Shown here piece after piece: positions 1-9,424 of a stretch of DNA of 58,921 nucleotides (the stretch's first letter is position 1; each line of letters begins with the position of its first letter). The stretch lies in the IMG/VR virus record IMGVR_UViG_3300025030_000118, positions 1-58,921 of that record; one strand, written 5' to 3'. The position numbers and the translations under genes are program-made. This stretch comes from a virus. Its lineage: Duplodnaviria; Caudoviricetes. The notes beneath the pieces were generated by a model. It had not been told where the DNA came from and made no database searches. It worked only from the letters and a program-made list of their open reading frames with translations.

Positions 1-1463
1 CATCAGTAGCGGGTGGTTTAACATCAACAGACCCACTGGATACAGGAGTAGTTGGACAAATATCTAAGCCTGTATTATTGATGGTTACAGTGGATGCTGG
101 ATATTTCTTTAACTTTCGTGGTGCAGAAGTTGGATCAATAATAGGATCTGGATCTTATCAGATAGATCAGACTCCAGATAATGGAACTTATTCTCTTTTA
201 TCTGGAACTGTTAATGGATCTAATAAAGTTTTCACAACTTCACAATCAAAATATGTTTCTGGAACTCTGCAAGTTTTTCTTAATGGACAAATGCAGGCGC
301 AGGGGACAGGAGTTAATGATTGGGCTGAAACTACTCCTGGATCTGGAACTTTTACTTTTGTTACAGCTCCCATAACAAATGATATTATAACAGCATATTA
401 TCAATCTGTTGTTTCAACGGCTGGAAATGCACAAACTGTAAATGGATATACACATGATCAGAGTCTTTTGACCTCTGCAAGTCCTTCTTTCGTAGGAATA
501 ACTATCGCAGGAAATCCTTTTATTGGTAGAAACTTTTTGATTAATGGTGGTGGTATGGTTAATCAAAGAGTTTCTGATCATACATTAGTAAAAGATATTT
601 ATGGTATTTGTGCTGATAGATTTTATGGAATGTCAACTGGAACTGCTGTTTCTGCTGGAACACTGATTCAAGGATCTGGTATTCCTTGTGGGATTACTGG
701 GTATGGTTTTCATTTTTATGCATTAACATTAACTGGAACTGGTATAGTTTATCTAAGATATAGAATGGAGTCTAAGGATGCTATTAAATTGAAAAATAAA
801 ATAGCTTCTTTTTCTTCAAAGGTTTATCAGGATACTGGAGGAGCGATAAATTATACTGTATATATCCGAAAAGCAAACGGATTAGATGAGTTTAGTACAG
901 TAACAGCAATTTCAAATAGTGGATCGATTTCAGTTTTAGGTTCTACAGAAACTGATTTAAAGTATGAAAATATATCTATGGGTGATTGTTCAAATGGTGT
1001 AGAGATTGAAATAAAAGTAGAGTGTGGTGCAATAACCTTAAAAAACTTTTATTTTACAGAGTTACAATTTGAATTAGGGACAAAATCTACTGCTTTCGAG
1101 CCACGATCTTATGCTGAAGAGTTATCATTATGTCAGAGATATTATGAAAATAGTTGGGATGATGCGGTTCCTCCTGGTACTGCAACATATAATGGATTTA
1201 TTATAAATGTTTTGGGTGCTCTTTTAAATGGACTACATCAACATAGTATTTCTTACAAAATAAAAAAAAGAATAGCAGTAACTCCTATTCTTTATGATTA
1301 TGCAGGAAATATAAATAAAATATCTACTTTTGACGCTGCTGGAGCAAAAACAGATAATGCTGCTGGATCTGTAGGGATTGCAGGAGAATCCAGTTTTAGT
1401 TATACAATAACTGGAAATATTGCAGGAACAGGATGTCATTGGACAGCTAATGCAGAATTATAA
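1..1463 (+). CDS. Tail fibre / virion adhesin, 5'-truncated by window edge
   Basis: Frame is open from position 3; Gly/Thr-rich; C-terminal RNFLING...QFELGTKSTAFEPRSYAEELSLCQRYYE signature typical of phage fibre tips. Confidence 0.7.
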   Translation, partial: SVAGGLTSTDPLDTGVVGQISKPVLLMVTVDAGYFFNFRGAEVGSIIGSGSYQIDQTPDNGTYSLLSGTVNGSNKVFTTSQSKYVSGTLQVFLNGQMQAQGTGVNDWAETTPGSGTFTFVTAPITNDIITAYYQSVVSTAGNAQTVNGYTHDQSLLTSASPSFVGITIAGNPFIGRNFLINGGGMVNQRVSDHTLVKDIYGICADRFYGMSTGTAVSAGTLIQGSGIPCGITGYGFHFYALTLTGTGIVYLRYRMESKDAIKLKNKIASFSSKVYQDTGGAINYTVYIRKANGLDEFSTVTAISNSGSISVLGSTETDLKYENISMGDCSNGVEIEIKVECGAITLKNFYFTELQFELGTKSTAFEPRSYAEELSLCQRYYENSWDDAVPPGTATYNGFIINVLGALLNGLHQHSISYKIKKRIAVTPILYDYAGNINKISTFDAAGAKTDNAAGSVGIAGESSFSYTITGNIAGTGCHWTANAEL

Positions 1464-1484
1464 AACAATAGGAGATAAGACATA

Positions 1485-2309
1485 GTGGCTGATAACAGAA
1501 TTAACGCGAATCATGCTGATTCTACGATTCTAACCGGGGCTGACGTTCTCGCTCAATATCTCCTCCTCTGTGGCGTAGATTCTACCCGCAAGGTTCAAGA
1601 GGCGTCCGGAATAGCGACGGATGTAAGCGGGAATTTGATTCTCCCCGCCTCTGCTGGCTATAGAATGAAAAACCCTGCCGGAACCTTTTACTCAGAATTG
1701 AAATCCGGGGCTGTTACAGCAAATAGATCCTGGACTCTGCCGCTTGTCGATGGATCTGCGAATCAAGTGTTGGCAACAAACGGATCTTTGGTTTTGTTTT
1801 TTACGACAGTTCCCGGAACGTGGGAGCCTATACTGGATTATTCTGTATCCGGAGCCGCTATTTCAAATTATGATTTCCCCGCAGTCAGTCTTACGAATTA
1901 TTATGAATTTCGAATCTTCGCAGATATATACAATACCTCCGGGACGGGAAATCAATATCAATTATTTTTTGAAGCAGATTATACAAACACCAATTATTAT
2001 TCACAAATCCATAATTCTTACGGAACTACAAATAGCACGAGCCGACTCAATGAAAATACGATTGGATACATCGAATCGGGAGAATACGCATCATGGGATA
2101 TTAAAAACATTAGGCGAAGGGCGGACGGAAAACCCTGGCTTGAATCTATACAAAACCGAAGAACAGCAGCCTCTAATATAATTCATTCTTCGGGTTTATT
2201 AATGAAAACTGCTTCGGTTGCGGACATCTCTGCCATTCGCTTTGCTTGTGATACAGCAAATGGGATCGGAATAGGCAGCCGATTGATTTTATTGGGATTA
2301 AAAAAATAG
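1485..2309 (+). CDS. Putative fibre/adhesin, cassette 1
   Basis: GTG start with AGGAG RBS; WTLPLVDGSANQVLATNGS fibre motif; N-terminus homologous to 2876-3775. Confidence 0.6.
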   Translation: MADNRINANHADSTILTGADVLAQYLLLCGVDSTRKVQEASGIATDVSGNLILPASAGYRMKNPAGTFYSELKSGAVTANRSWTLPLVDGSANQVLATNGSLVLFFTTVPGTWEPILDYSVSGAAISNYDFPAVSLTNYYEFRIFADIYNTSGTGNQYQLFFEADYTNTNYYSQIHNSYGTTNSTSRLNENTIGYIESGEYASWDIKNIRRRADGKPWLESIQNRRTAASNIIHSSGLLMKTASVADISAIRFACDTANGIGIGSRLILLGLKK

Positions 2310-2320
2310 GAGAAGTAATT

Positions 2321-2602
2321 ATGAAATGCCCATATTGTAAATCCTCAAGTCTTATAGAGGTTTTTAATCCCATTAGCGTGATTTGGAGAAATCACGATGA
2401 AGCGGGAAATATCTTCGAAGAGGGATTATTTTTTGGGGGTATCGAAGAGGTTTTACAAGAAGTGAATTTGAATAAACTCAAAGAACTTATAGCCGATCCT
2501 TCGAGTGCAAAAAAGTGCAAATGTAAAAACTGTCTAAAAAAATGGGGAGGAGAGTATGATAAAAATTTAAAAAAGTGGAACAAACTACAAGAAATATTTT
2601 AA
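2321..2602 (+). CDS. Small Zn-ribbon protein (CxxC...CxxC)
   Basis: MKCPYC...KCKNC; AGGAG RBS. Confidence 0.65.
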   Translation: MKCPYCKSSSLIEVFNPISVIWRNHDEAGNIFEEGLFFGGIEEVLQEVNLNKLKELIADPSSAKKCKCKNCLKKWGGEYDKNLKKWNKLQEIF

Positions 2603-2641
2603 CTCCGCAGATTTGCGGAGGGATTGCCGGAATAAATTAAA
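2603..2641 (+). repeat. 39-bp hairpin-containing element, copy 1
   Basis: CTCCGCA-GATT-TGCGGAG then GGATTGCCGGAATAAATTAAA; 34/39 identical to 3982-4020. Confidence 0.85.
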
Positions 2642-2653
2642 GAGGTGTAGAAA

Positions 2654-2832
2654 ATGCCAGTTACAGCATCAGATTTAAAATTATACCAGTCGGCAAATTA
2701 ATTCATGCTGATATTTTTACACCCGGCGAAAGTTGGGCGTACGATGAAGAAAAATGGGGAAAGATTCTACCCAATTTTAATATGGAAATTACAAACAAGT
2801 GCAAAAACTGCGATAATATTTGGAAGAAATAA
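2654..2832 (+). pseudogene. Collapsed cassette: 5' stub of a structural gene joined to the 3' end of a Zn-ribbon gene
   Basis: GAGGTG RBS + MPVTASDLKLYQSAN-stop (2654-2701); another frame reads IHADIFTPGESW...NKCKNCDNIWKK-stop, resembling KCKNCLKKW of 2321-2602. Confidence 0.55.
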
Positions 2833-2875
2833 AATTCCTAGGTCTTTTGGAGTAGTTTAAAAATGGAGTAAAATT

Positions 2876-3775
2876 ATGGGATATTCAAGATTACCTTCTG
2901 GAGTGTATGTACCTAATCCAGTAACCTCTAATGATGTTCTTGCTCAATACGCTATTTCTATGGGATCTGATGGCACGAGAAAAGTGCAGGATTCGGGCAT
3001 TCTGACCGATGCAAGCGGGAATCTTCACCTGCCCGTCGGAGGAACAATACCTAAAATGGATTATCGAAAAATTCTCGATCAGACGCTTCATCAGATTTGC
3101 CTAAAAACGCTAACGACGGGAGATGCTAATGCAGCAAACTATCAGGGGGTAGCAACTGGTGGAGAAATAGTAGAATTGATTTATCTTCCGGATCATTTTA
3201 TCGTTACCACGGCGGGGACGGGAGGAGGAACACAGGAGGTTCCAAGCGGATATAACCAACCGATAACGGCATTTCCGATGGGTTTAAATTGGACAAACGC
3301 CAATTTTGATAATACAGTGATAAACTGGTCGGGAATCACAAATTGGGGAGCAGGAAGATCCTGGCGATATACGCCTTTTTATTCTGCACACCAAGTTGGT
3401 GCAACCCCCGCCATGGGTTGGCAAATGAAACTTAATTCTGCAACTGCCGCCGCAAGAGGAAGGGCGGGGGCAGGAATTCAAAACCTTGCAAATTGGACGG
3501 GGAATGCGCAATGCCAGAGCTTCCCAACAATTATCGCGGTGGGCGTTCCTTTGTCGGCAAATATCAATCATTTAGATATTTTTTACGCACTGGCGAGGGT
3601 TCTCGATGCTGACGGAAATACGGATATTGTAGTCGGTGATTATGTTGTATTTGTTTCGGCACATTGCGTGAATAATGCTAACCCGCAAGCGGATACGCAA
3701 CCCACAACAGCGGCACCTGGAGGAGAATCTGTAGGAACGGATATTTATATCGTTCCAGGATCGCTGTTGGCATAA
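2876..3775 (+). CDS. Putative fibre/adhesin, cassette 2
   Basis: Shares DVLAQY...D.TRKVQ..SGI.TD.SGNL.LP with 1485-2309; unrelated C-terminus; GC-rich. Confidence 0.55.
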   Translation: MGYSRLPSGVYVPNPVTSNDVLAQYAISMGSDGTRKVQDSGILTDASGNLHLPVGGTIPKMDYRKILDQTLHQICLKTLTTGDANAANYQGVATGGEIVELIYLPDHFIVTTAGTGGGTQEVPSGYNQPITAFPMGLNWTNANFDNTVINWSGITNWGAGRSWRYTPFYSAHQVGATPAMGWQMKLNSATAAARGRAGAGIQNLANWTGNAQCQSFPTIIAVGVPLSANINHLDIFYALARVLDADGNTDIVVGDYVVFVSAHCVNNANPQADTQPTTAAPGGESVGTDIYIVPGSLLA

Positions 3776-3791
3776 TTTAGGAGGATTTATT

Positions 3792-3980
3792 ATGGTGATT
3801 TGTCCGATTTGCTACAGTGTCGAATTTCAAGAAATTACTATATTGAACATCGACAAAGCAAAAATAACAGACGATAAAGCGACCCTAAAGGATAATGGGA
3901 ATTATAAAATAAAATTAAAATGTATTGGATGTAATAATACATTTACTGCGGACGATGCTAAAAAATTTAAAGAGAAATAA
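3792..3980 (+). CDS. Small Zn-ribbon protein (CxxC...CxxC)
   Basis: CPIC...CIGC; AGGAGG RBS. Confidence 0.65.
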   Translation: MVICPICYSVEFQEITILNIDKAKITDDKATLKDNGNYKIKLKCIGCNNTFTADDAKKFKEK

Positions 3981-3981
3981 T

Positions 3982-4020
3982 CTCCGTAAAGTTGCGGAGG
4001 GGTTGACGGAATAAATTAAA
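3982..4020 (+). repeat. 39-bp hairpin-containing element, copy 2
   Basis: CTCCGTA-AAGT-TGCGGAG then GGGTTGACGGAATAAATTAAA; lies at the GC-to-AT transition. Confidence 0.85.
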
Positions 4021-4035
4021 AGAAGATAATTAGAT

Positions 4036-4521
4036 ATGATAATAGATAACACTAATACATCTCAAATAATATTAGAAATATTATTAGAAGATTTTGATGG
4101 TAGTTTAAAAAATAATATAACTAGTGCTAAAGTTAGGGTATATTATATATTATCTAATCAAGAAGTAGATATATTGTATTCTATAGATTTATTAAATATA
4201 AGTACTGGAAAGTATAGATATGTATGGAATCCTGATAATATTAGTACAGGATATTATATAATTGAGTATACTATAATAGATGAAGATAGTATATCTGCTA
4301 TATTTTTAGAAGATTTAATTATTAATGATATTTCAGATATAAGTACAATAAAAGATAATGTAGATATTATTAGAAAAATAGAAACCGGAAGATGGAAAAT
4401 TCTCAACAATACAATGATATTTTATGATGATGATGGAACTACTCCATTTTTAACTTTTGACCTTAAAAATTCTAATGGAGTATCTTCTAATATAGATGTA
4501 TTTGAGAGGGTACCTCAATAA
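4036..4521 (+). CDS. Putative virion structural protein
   Basis: Acidic beta-rich ORF in structural operon, overlapped stop/start with next gene. Confidence 0.5.
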   Translation: MIIDNTNTSQIILEILLEDFDGSLKNNITSAKVRVYYILSNQEVDILYSIDLLNISTGKYRYVWNPDNISTGYYIIEYTIIDEDSISAIFLEDLIINDISDISTIKDNVDIIRKIETGRWKILNNTMIFYDDDGTTPFLTFDLKNSNGVSSNIDVFERVPQ

Positions 4522-5033
4522 TGAGTTTACTAATAACCAGAGGTCTAGGAATATCATCTTCGGGAATAAGTATATCTGAATCAATATCTGGAATTGTTGA
4601 AGATATTGTTTTAATTTTTGGATTAGTTACTGAAATAGAAAATTTAACTGGAATAATTTCTACAGAAGAGGGAACGGTAGATATGTCTGATCAATCAAAA
4701 AATATATATAAGAATGATGATAAAACTTTTAGAGTAACAGTAGTAGATGATTTAAATAGACCTATAAACATAACTGGATATTTAATACATTTAAGTATTA
4801 GATATAATGATTTTTCTACTGCTAGTATACTGGAAAAAGATTCTTCAGTTTCATCTGAAATACTTATTACAGATGCAGCTAATGGTGTAGCTGAGATATA
4901 TTTTATTCCAGAAGATACTACAGATTTAAGCTCTGGAATATATATTTATGATATTAAAGTAACTACTGGTACTGGAAAGGTTTATACTATTGTTAAAGAT
5001 GTTTTATTTATTAAAGAAAGCTTGGCGGCATGA
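4521..5033 (+). CDS. Virion protein with BppU-like Ig-type domain
   Basis: ITDAANGVAEIYFIPEDT...YIYDIKV...YTIVK pattern. Confidence 0.5.
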   Translation: MSLLITRGLGISSSGISISESISGIVEDIVLIFGLVTEIENLTGIISTEEGTVDMSDQSKNIYKNDDKTFRVTVVDDLNRPINITGYLIHLSIRYNDFSTASILEKDSSVSSEILITDAANGVAEIYFIPEDTTDLSSGIYIYDIKVTTGTGKVYTIVKDVLFIKESLAA

Positions 5034-5704
5034 CAGAATACAGAGATTGGTTAAATCAAACAAATTATATTCTTAGTCAGCAAGATAGAGATTCAATTGA
5101 TTATTTATCTCAAGAACTTTCTTATGTTCATGAAGAAAATCTTAGACTTGCTGGTGAAAATGCTGTATGGTTATCTAGAAAAATGTTTGGAACTCCATGT
5201 TCTAATAGGGATGATGCTCATGGAAGATTTCAAGATGTAGTATCTAGATGTCAATTATGTTATGGAACTGGATATTTAGGAGGATATGAAGTAGCTGTTA
5301 CAATACCTATTAGTTTTATACCTAGTAAAGAAATAATAGATATAACTAATGTAGGATTAGCAGTTCTACAACAGCCAATAGCATGGACTAAAAAAACAGA
5401 TCCTGCTATAAAAGAAAGAGATATTATTATATTAACTACTGATATTACTTCTCCTTATGGATCAGTATATAAGAAAAACACTAGGTTTTATATTGCTTCT
5501 GCTACAAGAAGTGAAGTTAAGGGATTAACCAGATATCAAGAAATGGTATTAGATTTTCCAGAGATATCAGATATCATTTATGATATACCAATTAGTGGAA
5601 CTATAGGTGAAAAATATAATAATTTAAAATGTACAATGACAATCAATCCATTTAAACAGGATCTTGTATGTACAATGGAAATTTTTAACTATTGGTGGAT
5701 CTAG
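5030..5704 (+). CDS. Head-tail joining (neck) protein
   Basis: CQLCYGTGYLGGY motif and position before terminator/sheath as in large myoviruses. Confidence 0.55.
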   Translation: MTEYRDWLNQTNYILSQQDRDSIDYLSQELSYVHEENLRLAGENAVWLSRKMFGTPCSNRDDAHGRFQDVVSRCQLCYGTGYLGGYEVAVTIPISFIPSKEIIDITNVGLAVLQQPIAWTKKTDPAIKERDIIILTTDITSPYGSVYKKNTRFYIASATRSEVKGLTRYQEMVLDFPEISDIIYDIPISGTIGEKYNNLKCTMTINPFKQDLVCTMEIFNYWWI

Positions 5705-5747
5705 AAGAAATATGAAAAAATACAGTATAATATAATGATAAAAGAAT

Positions 5748-6044
5748 ATGTTTAATTTTAATATAGATCTTAATTCTTTACAAAATTTTTTAGATAGAAG
5801 TAAAATTATTAAATTTAGAGATAAAATAAATAAAGATACTTTTAAACTAAAAGATAAAGAATCAATGGCTAGTAAAATAATGTCTGATAATATACCACTT
5901 AGTTATTCTAAAACAGTTAGAGAAAAAATATTAAATAAAATTTATAAAAATAAAATAAAAAAGGATCCAATATCTGAAGAGTCAATAGATATATTTAAAA
6001 TAATTAATAATAATTTTAGGGAAATTTTCAAGGATGGCATTTAA
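5748..6044 (+). CDS. Hypothetical basic protein
   Basis: Fills gap in operon, overlaps next start. Confidence 0.45.
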   Translation: MFNFNIDLNSLQNFLDRSKIIKFRDKINKDTFKLKDKESMASKIMSDNIPLSYSKTVREKILNKIYKNKIKKDPISEESIDIFKIINNNFREIFKDGI

Positions 6045-6639
6045 TGATTATATTTATGGATTAAGATATAATGTTAAAAATGAAATAATATATGCTATTA
6101 GACACTATTTTGAAAATTATTCTGAGTTTAAAAAAGATAATAGTAATATACAGATACCAGCTATATATGATGAAATACCACTAATAAATAGAACTTATCC
6201 AAATGTAATAATAAAGAATACTGGAGGACAAGATATACCTTTAGGATTAGATAGAGATTTTATAGAGGATGTCTGGTCTGATGATTTAGAAATTCCAAGA
6301 GTAATAGCCGAAAGAAGAGGATATGCAGAAAATATAGGCTTTCAGTTACAAGTACAAGGCGATACAACTCCAGTAAGAGATAGAATGGTAGACAATATAA
6401 TAGCTGCTTTAAAGTTTATAGAAAGACAATATTTATTAAATAGGGGAATTAGAATATTAACAGTTTCTCCAGGAGGAGATACATTAATACCATTAGATAC
6501 TACAAGAGCCATATATCAAACTACAATAAGTATAACAGTTTATGCAGAGCAAGTATATGATACCTTAGTTGATGCAATAACTGCAGTAACTGTTTTAGAG
6601 AAACATGGATGGGTAACAGATTATACACCACATTCATAA
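6034..6639 (+). CDS. Putative tail terminator/completion protein
   Basis: Directly before sheath; IYDEIP...YPNVII and RDRMVDNI pattern. Confidence 0.5.
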   Translation: MAFNDYIYGLRYNVKNEIIYAIRHYFENYSEFKKDNSNIQIPAIYDEIPLINRTYPNVIIKNTGGQDIPLGLDRDFIEDVWSDDLEIPRVIAERRGYAENIGFQLQVQGDTTPVRDRMVDNIIAALKFIERQYLLNRGIRILTVSPGGDTLIPLDTTRAIYQTTISITVYAEQVYDTLVDAITAVTVLEKHGWVTDYTPHS

Positions 6640-6651
6640 AGGAGTACAAGA

Positions 6652-8082
6652 ATGTCAATAGAAGGATATAAAGAGCCAGGCGCATATTCTCAAATTATTC
6701 AGAATCCTGGAATTTCAAGATCATCTGGAAGACAAACCATCATAGCAATAATAGGAGAAGCTCAACAGGGAACTTTTGATCCAATTTTGTTTTATGATCA
6801 AGATTCTGTAGTAGCTGAGTTTGGACAAGCTAGTACATCTAATCCTTTATCTCTTGGAGCCGAATTAGCTTTTTCACAAAATGCTCCTATTGTTTTACTT
6901 TTACAGGTTCAATCATCTACTAGTACATCAGCTGTTTTAACTAGTACTGCAGTTGCTTCTGGTGCTCTAAATAATTCTTGGTCTTTTACAGTTCAAGACG
7001 GTGGAAGTGGAGAGAGTGCAGTAACTGTTAATATATCTTCAACTCCATCTGGAACTAGTAGTATAGACAATTCATTATCTATTGTTTATGATATTAATCA
7101 TACTTATGGAATACCAGTTTTAGCAACTTCTAATGGAAATGGTACATTTACTTTAACTAATAGAGTTAAAGGAGCCAACCATACTATAAGAATTGTAAAT
7201 ATTCGTCCAGAGTTAGGTCTTCCAATAAATGATCCTTTTTATGAAATTTCCAATGGAACTACAGGAACTATTTCAGATTCTGATTATTCTAATGCTTTAG
7301 ATACTCTAAAACAATATGATACAAATATAATAGTTCCTTTAAATATATCATCAACTGTTAGAAATGCATTAAAATCTCATGTAGATTCAATGAGTGGTCA
7401 TGATGAAAGAAAAGAAAGAATTGGGATAGTTTCTGGAGATATTAATCAGAGTCAGTCTGAAGCAATAGTTATATCTACAGGACTTTCAGATCAGAGAATG
7501 GTGTATGTTTATCCAACATCTGCTTTTAAATATGATCCTATTAATAGATCCAATATGGTTTTAAATGGATCATATATAGCATGTGCTCTTGCTGGAATTT
7601 TATCTTTTTATGATCCAGCTGAGCCTTCAACACACAAAACATTATCAGGATTTACTGCATTAGGAGCAGGTCCTTTTACAAGAACACAAATGAATACTTT
7701 AGCTTCTAATGGTGTTTGTGTAATTGAAGATTTTAGAGGCAACATAAGAGTAAGACATGGAATGACAACTGATTTAACTAGTGCCGATACTCAGGAAATT
7801 TCAGTAGTTAGAGCTGTTGATTATACTGCTACATTAGTAAGAGAAAGTTTAGAGGCTACTTATATTGCTAAAAAAATAGTTTCCACCACAGTGGCATCAA
7901 TTAGTTCTACAACAAAGTCTGTTTTGGAGAGATTAAAAGAAGGAAATATAATATACGATTATAAAAATATAAGAGTTAAACAGAATACATCTGAACCAAG
8001 ACAAATAGATGTAAGATTTGATTTACGACCAGTTTATCCTTGCAATTGGATTGAAATAACCTTAGCTCTTTATAGTTCATAA
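6652..8082 (+). CDS. Contractile tail sheath protein
   Basis: YKEPGAYS N-terminus, AIIGEAQQG, QEISVVRAVD, DLRPVYPCNWI C-terminus. Confidence 0.9.
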   Translation: MSIEGYKEPGAYSQIIQNPGISRSSGRQTIIAIIGEAQQGTFDPILFYDQDSVVAEFGQASTSNPLSLGAELAFSQNAPIVLLLQVQSSTSTSAVLTSTAVASGALNNSWSFTVQDGGSGESAVTVNISSTPSGTSSIDNSLSIVYDINHTYGIPVLATSNGNGTFTLTNRVKGANHTIRIVNIRPELGLPINDPFYEISNGTTGTISDSDYSNALDTLKQYDTNIIVPLNISSTVRNALKSHVDSMSGHDERKERIGIVSGDINQSQSEAIVISTGLSDQRMVYVYPTSAFKYDPINRSNMVLNGSYIACALAGILSFYDPAEPSTHKTLSGFTALGAGPFTRTQMNTLASNGVCVIEDFRGNIRVRHGMTTDLTSADTQEISVVRAVDYTATLVRESLEATYIAKKIVSTTVASISSTTKSVLERLKEGNIIYDYKNIRVKQNTSEPRQIDVRFDLRPVYPCNWIEITLALYSS

Positions 8083-8105
8083 TTAATTTTAAGAAGGTGT
8101 AAATA

Positions 8106-8711
8106 ATGTCAACATCTGGATTTGATCCCAAAAGAACTTACTCTGATCTAGATGATCCTAATTCTAGAAGAGCTGCTCCTCCAGTAGGTAGATTTGCTGA
8201 AACATGTGATTTTATTGGAGTGGTTGTTAATGGTTTTGGGGTTGGTATGATACAGTCTATTACTCCTATACAAAATAGACCTGTTAATCCAGTTTATGAA
8301 ATAGGAAACATATATCCTGTGGAACTAGTTCCACAAAACTTTAGCGGAACAATCGAATGTAGTAGGGTTACACTATTTAAAAATGATTTGATTTCAGCAA
8401 TATATAGAGGAGATGTTTCAAGAGGAGGGCCTCCTATAGATATAACTAAAATACAAACAATAGCTGATATTACTTTTCCAATGGATATTCAAATGATAAC
8501 AATTAATCCTCTTGGTCCACCTACTATTAGAGAATATACAGAGTGCTGGATAACTAGTTATAGGTTCCCTGTAACAGCTGGAAATAAAATAATAACCGAG
8601 AGTGCATCTTTTGCATTTAGAAGAATAACAAATAGTCCATCAAGTTCATTTGTAGCTCCTACTACTCAACAAGAGGGAGCGGGACAATTAGGACTACCAT
8701 TTAAAGGTTAA
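8106..8711 (+). CDS. Tail tube protein
   Basis: Follows sheath; VGMIQSI, PVYEIG, YTECWITSY, IITESASF. Confidence 0.8.
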   Translation: MSTSGFDPKRTYSDLDDPNSRRAAPPVGRFAETCDFIGVVVNGFGVGMIQSITPIQNRPVNPVYEIGNIYPVELVPQNFSGTIECSRVTLFKNDLISAIYRGDVSRGGPPIDITKIQTIADITFPMDIQMITINPLGPPTIREYTECWITSYRFPVTAGNKIITESASFAFRRITNSPSSSFVAPTTQQEGAGQLGLPFKG

Positions 8712-8726
8712 TAACGGAGGAATAAG

Positions 8727-9083
8727 ATGAGCGAAGATAAAATGAAACTATTAGAAAAGCTGATATTGTATGGTAAAATAGAGAAAGATTTAAAAATTGG
8801 AGATTTTGTTTTTACTGTAAAAACTATGTCTGATGAAGAAAATAGAGAACTTTATTCAAATATGGTAGAATCAGAAAATAAAATCGAAAGAAGTCTAAAA
8901 ATAAGAAAAGAGCTAATCGCTAGAAGTATTACAAAAATAAATGGAATAGAAGTTTCTTATGAAGATATAGTAAATATAATTAGCAAATGGCAGTTTAGTT
9001 TAGTGGAAAAAATAATAGATTTTATTAATGATATTAGTAAAGAACAATCTAGTTTTCTTAGCGGAGAAGAAATAAAAAACTAA
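8727..9083 (+). CDS. Tail assembly chaperone (G-like)
   Basis: Between tube and tape measure; ends at slippery A AAA AAC. Confidence 0.75.
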   Translation: MSEDKMKLLEKLILYGKIEKDLKIGDFVFTVKTMSDEENRELYSNMVESENKIERSLKIRKELIARSITKINGIEVSYEDIVNIISKWQFSLVEKIIDFINDISKEQSSFLSGEEIKN

Positions 9084-9101
9084 TAAAGACCCCCAGGGGT
9101 C
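9074..9101 (+). promoter_or_regulatory. Programmed -1 ribosomal frameshift signal
   Basis: AAAAAAC (9074-9080), 7-nt spacer, GACCC-CCAG-GGGTC hairpin (9088-9101); -1 frame open into 9158-9418. Confidence 0.8.
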
Positions 9102-9418
9102 AGTTTATTTCAATAATATGTGAAGATGCTTTTTGTAATTTAGAGGAATTTAAAATAATGCCACCAGAAAGAAAAATGTGGCATTATTATAATGGTCTGG
9201 AAAAAAGAGAAAGAGAATATAAATGGAAACAAAATTTAATAAAACTAATAGATAATAACGCTGAATTTATAGCAATGTTTTCCAATCCAGAAATGTTTAA
9301 AAAATATAAAGAAAGTCAAGATAGTGTAAGTTATGTTTCACAAACTAATGAAATGAGTGAAGAAGAATTTAGAGAAAAAATGAAGCTTTATGATCATCTA
9401 ACAATTGAAAGAACGTGA
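9080..9418 (+). CDS. Frameshift extension of tail chaperone (T part of GT)
   Basis: -1 frame LIKTPRGQFISII...MPPERK with no stop from the slip site to 9418. Confidence 0.7.
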   Translation, partial: LIKTPRGQFISIICEDAFCNLEEFKIMPPERKMWHYYNGLEKREREYKWKQNLIKLIDNNAEFIAMFSNPEMFKKYKESQDSVSYVSQTNEMSEEEFREKMKLYDHLTIERT

Positions 9419-9424
9419 TAAAAA

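Noticed and set aside
1-4020. Diversity-generating retroelement or invertase shufflon acting on fibre genes
   Set aside because: No reverse transcriptase, adenine-specific TR/VR pair, recombinase or inverted cassette seen in the window
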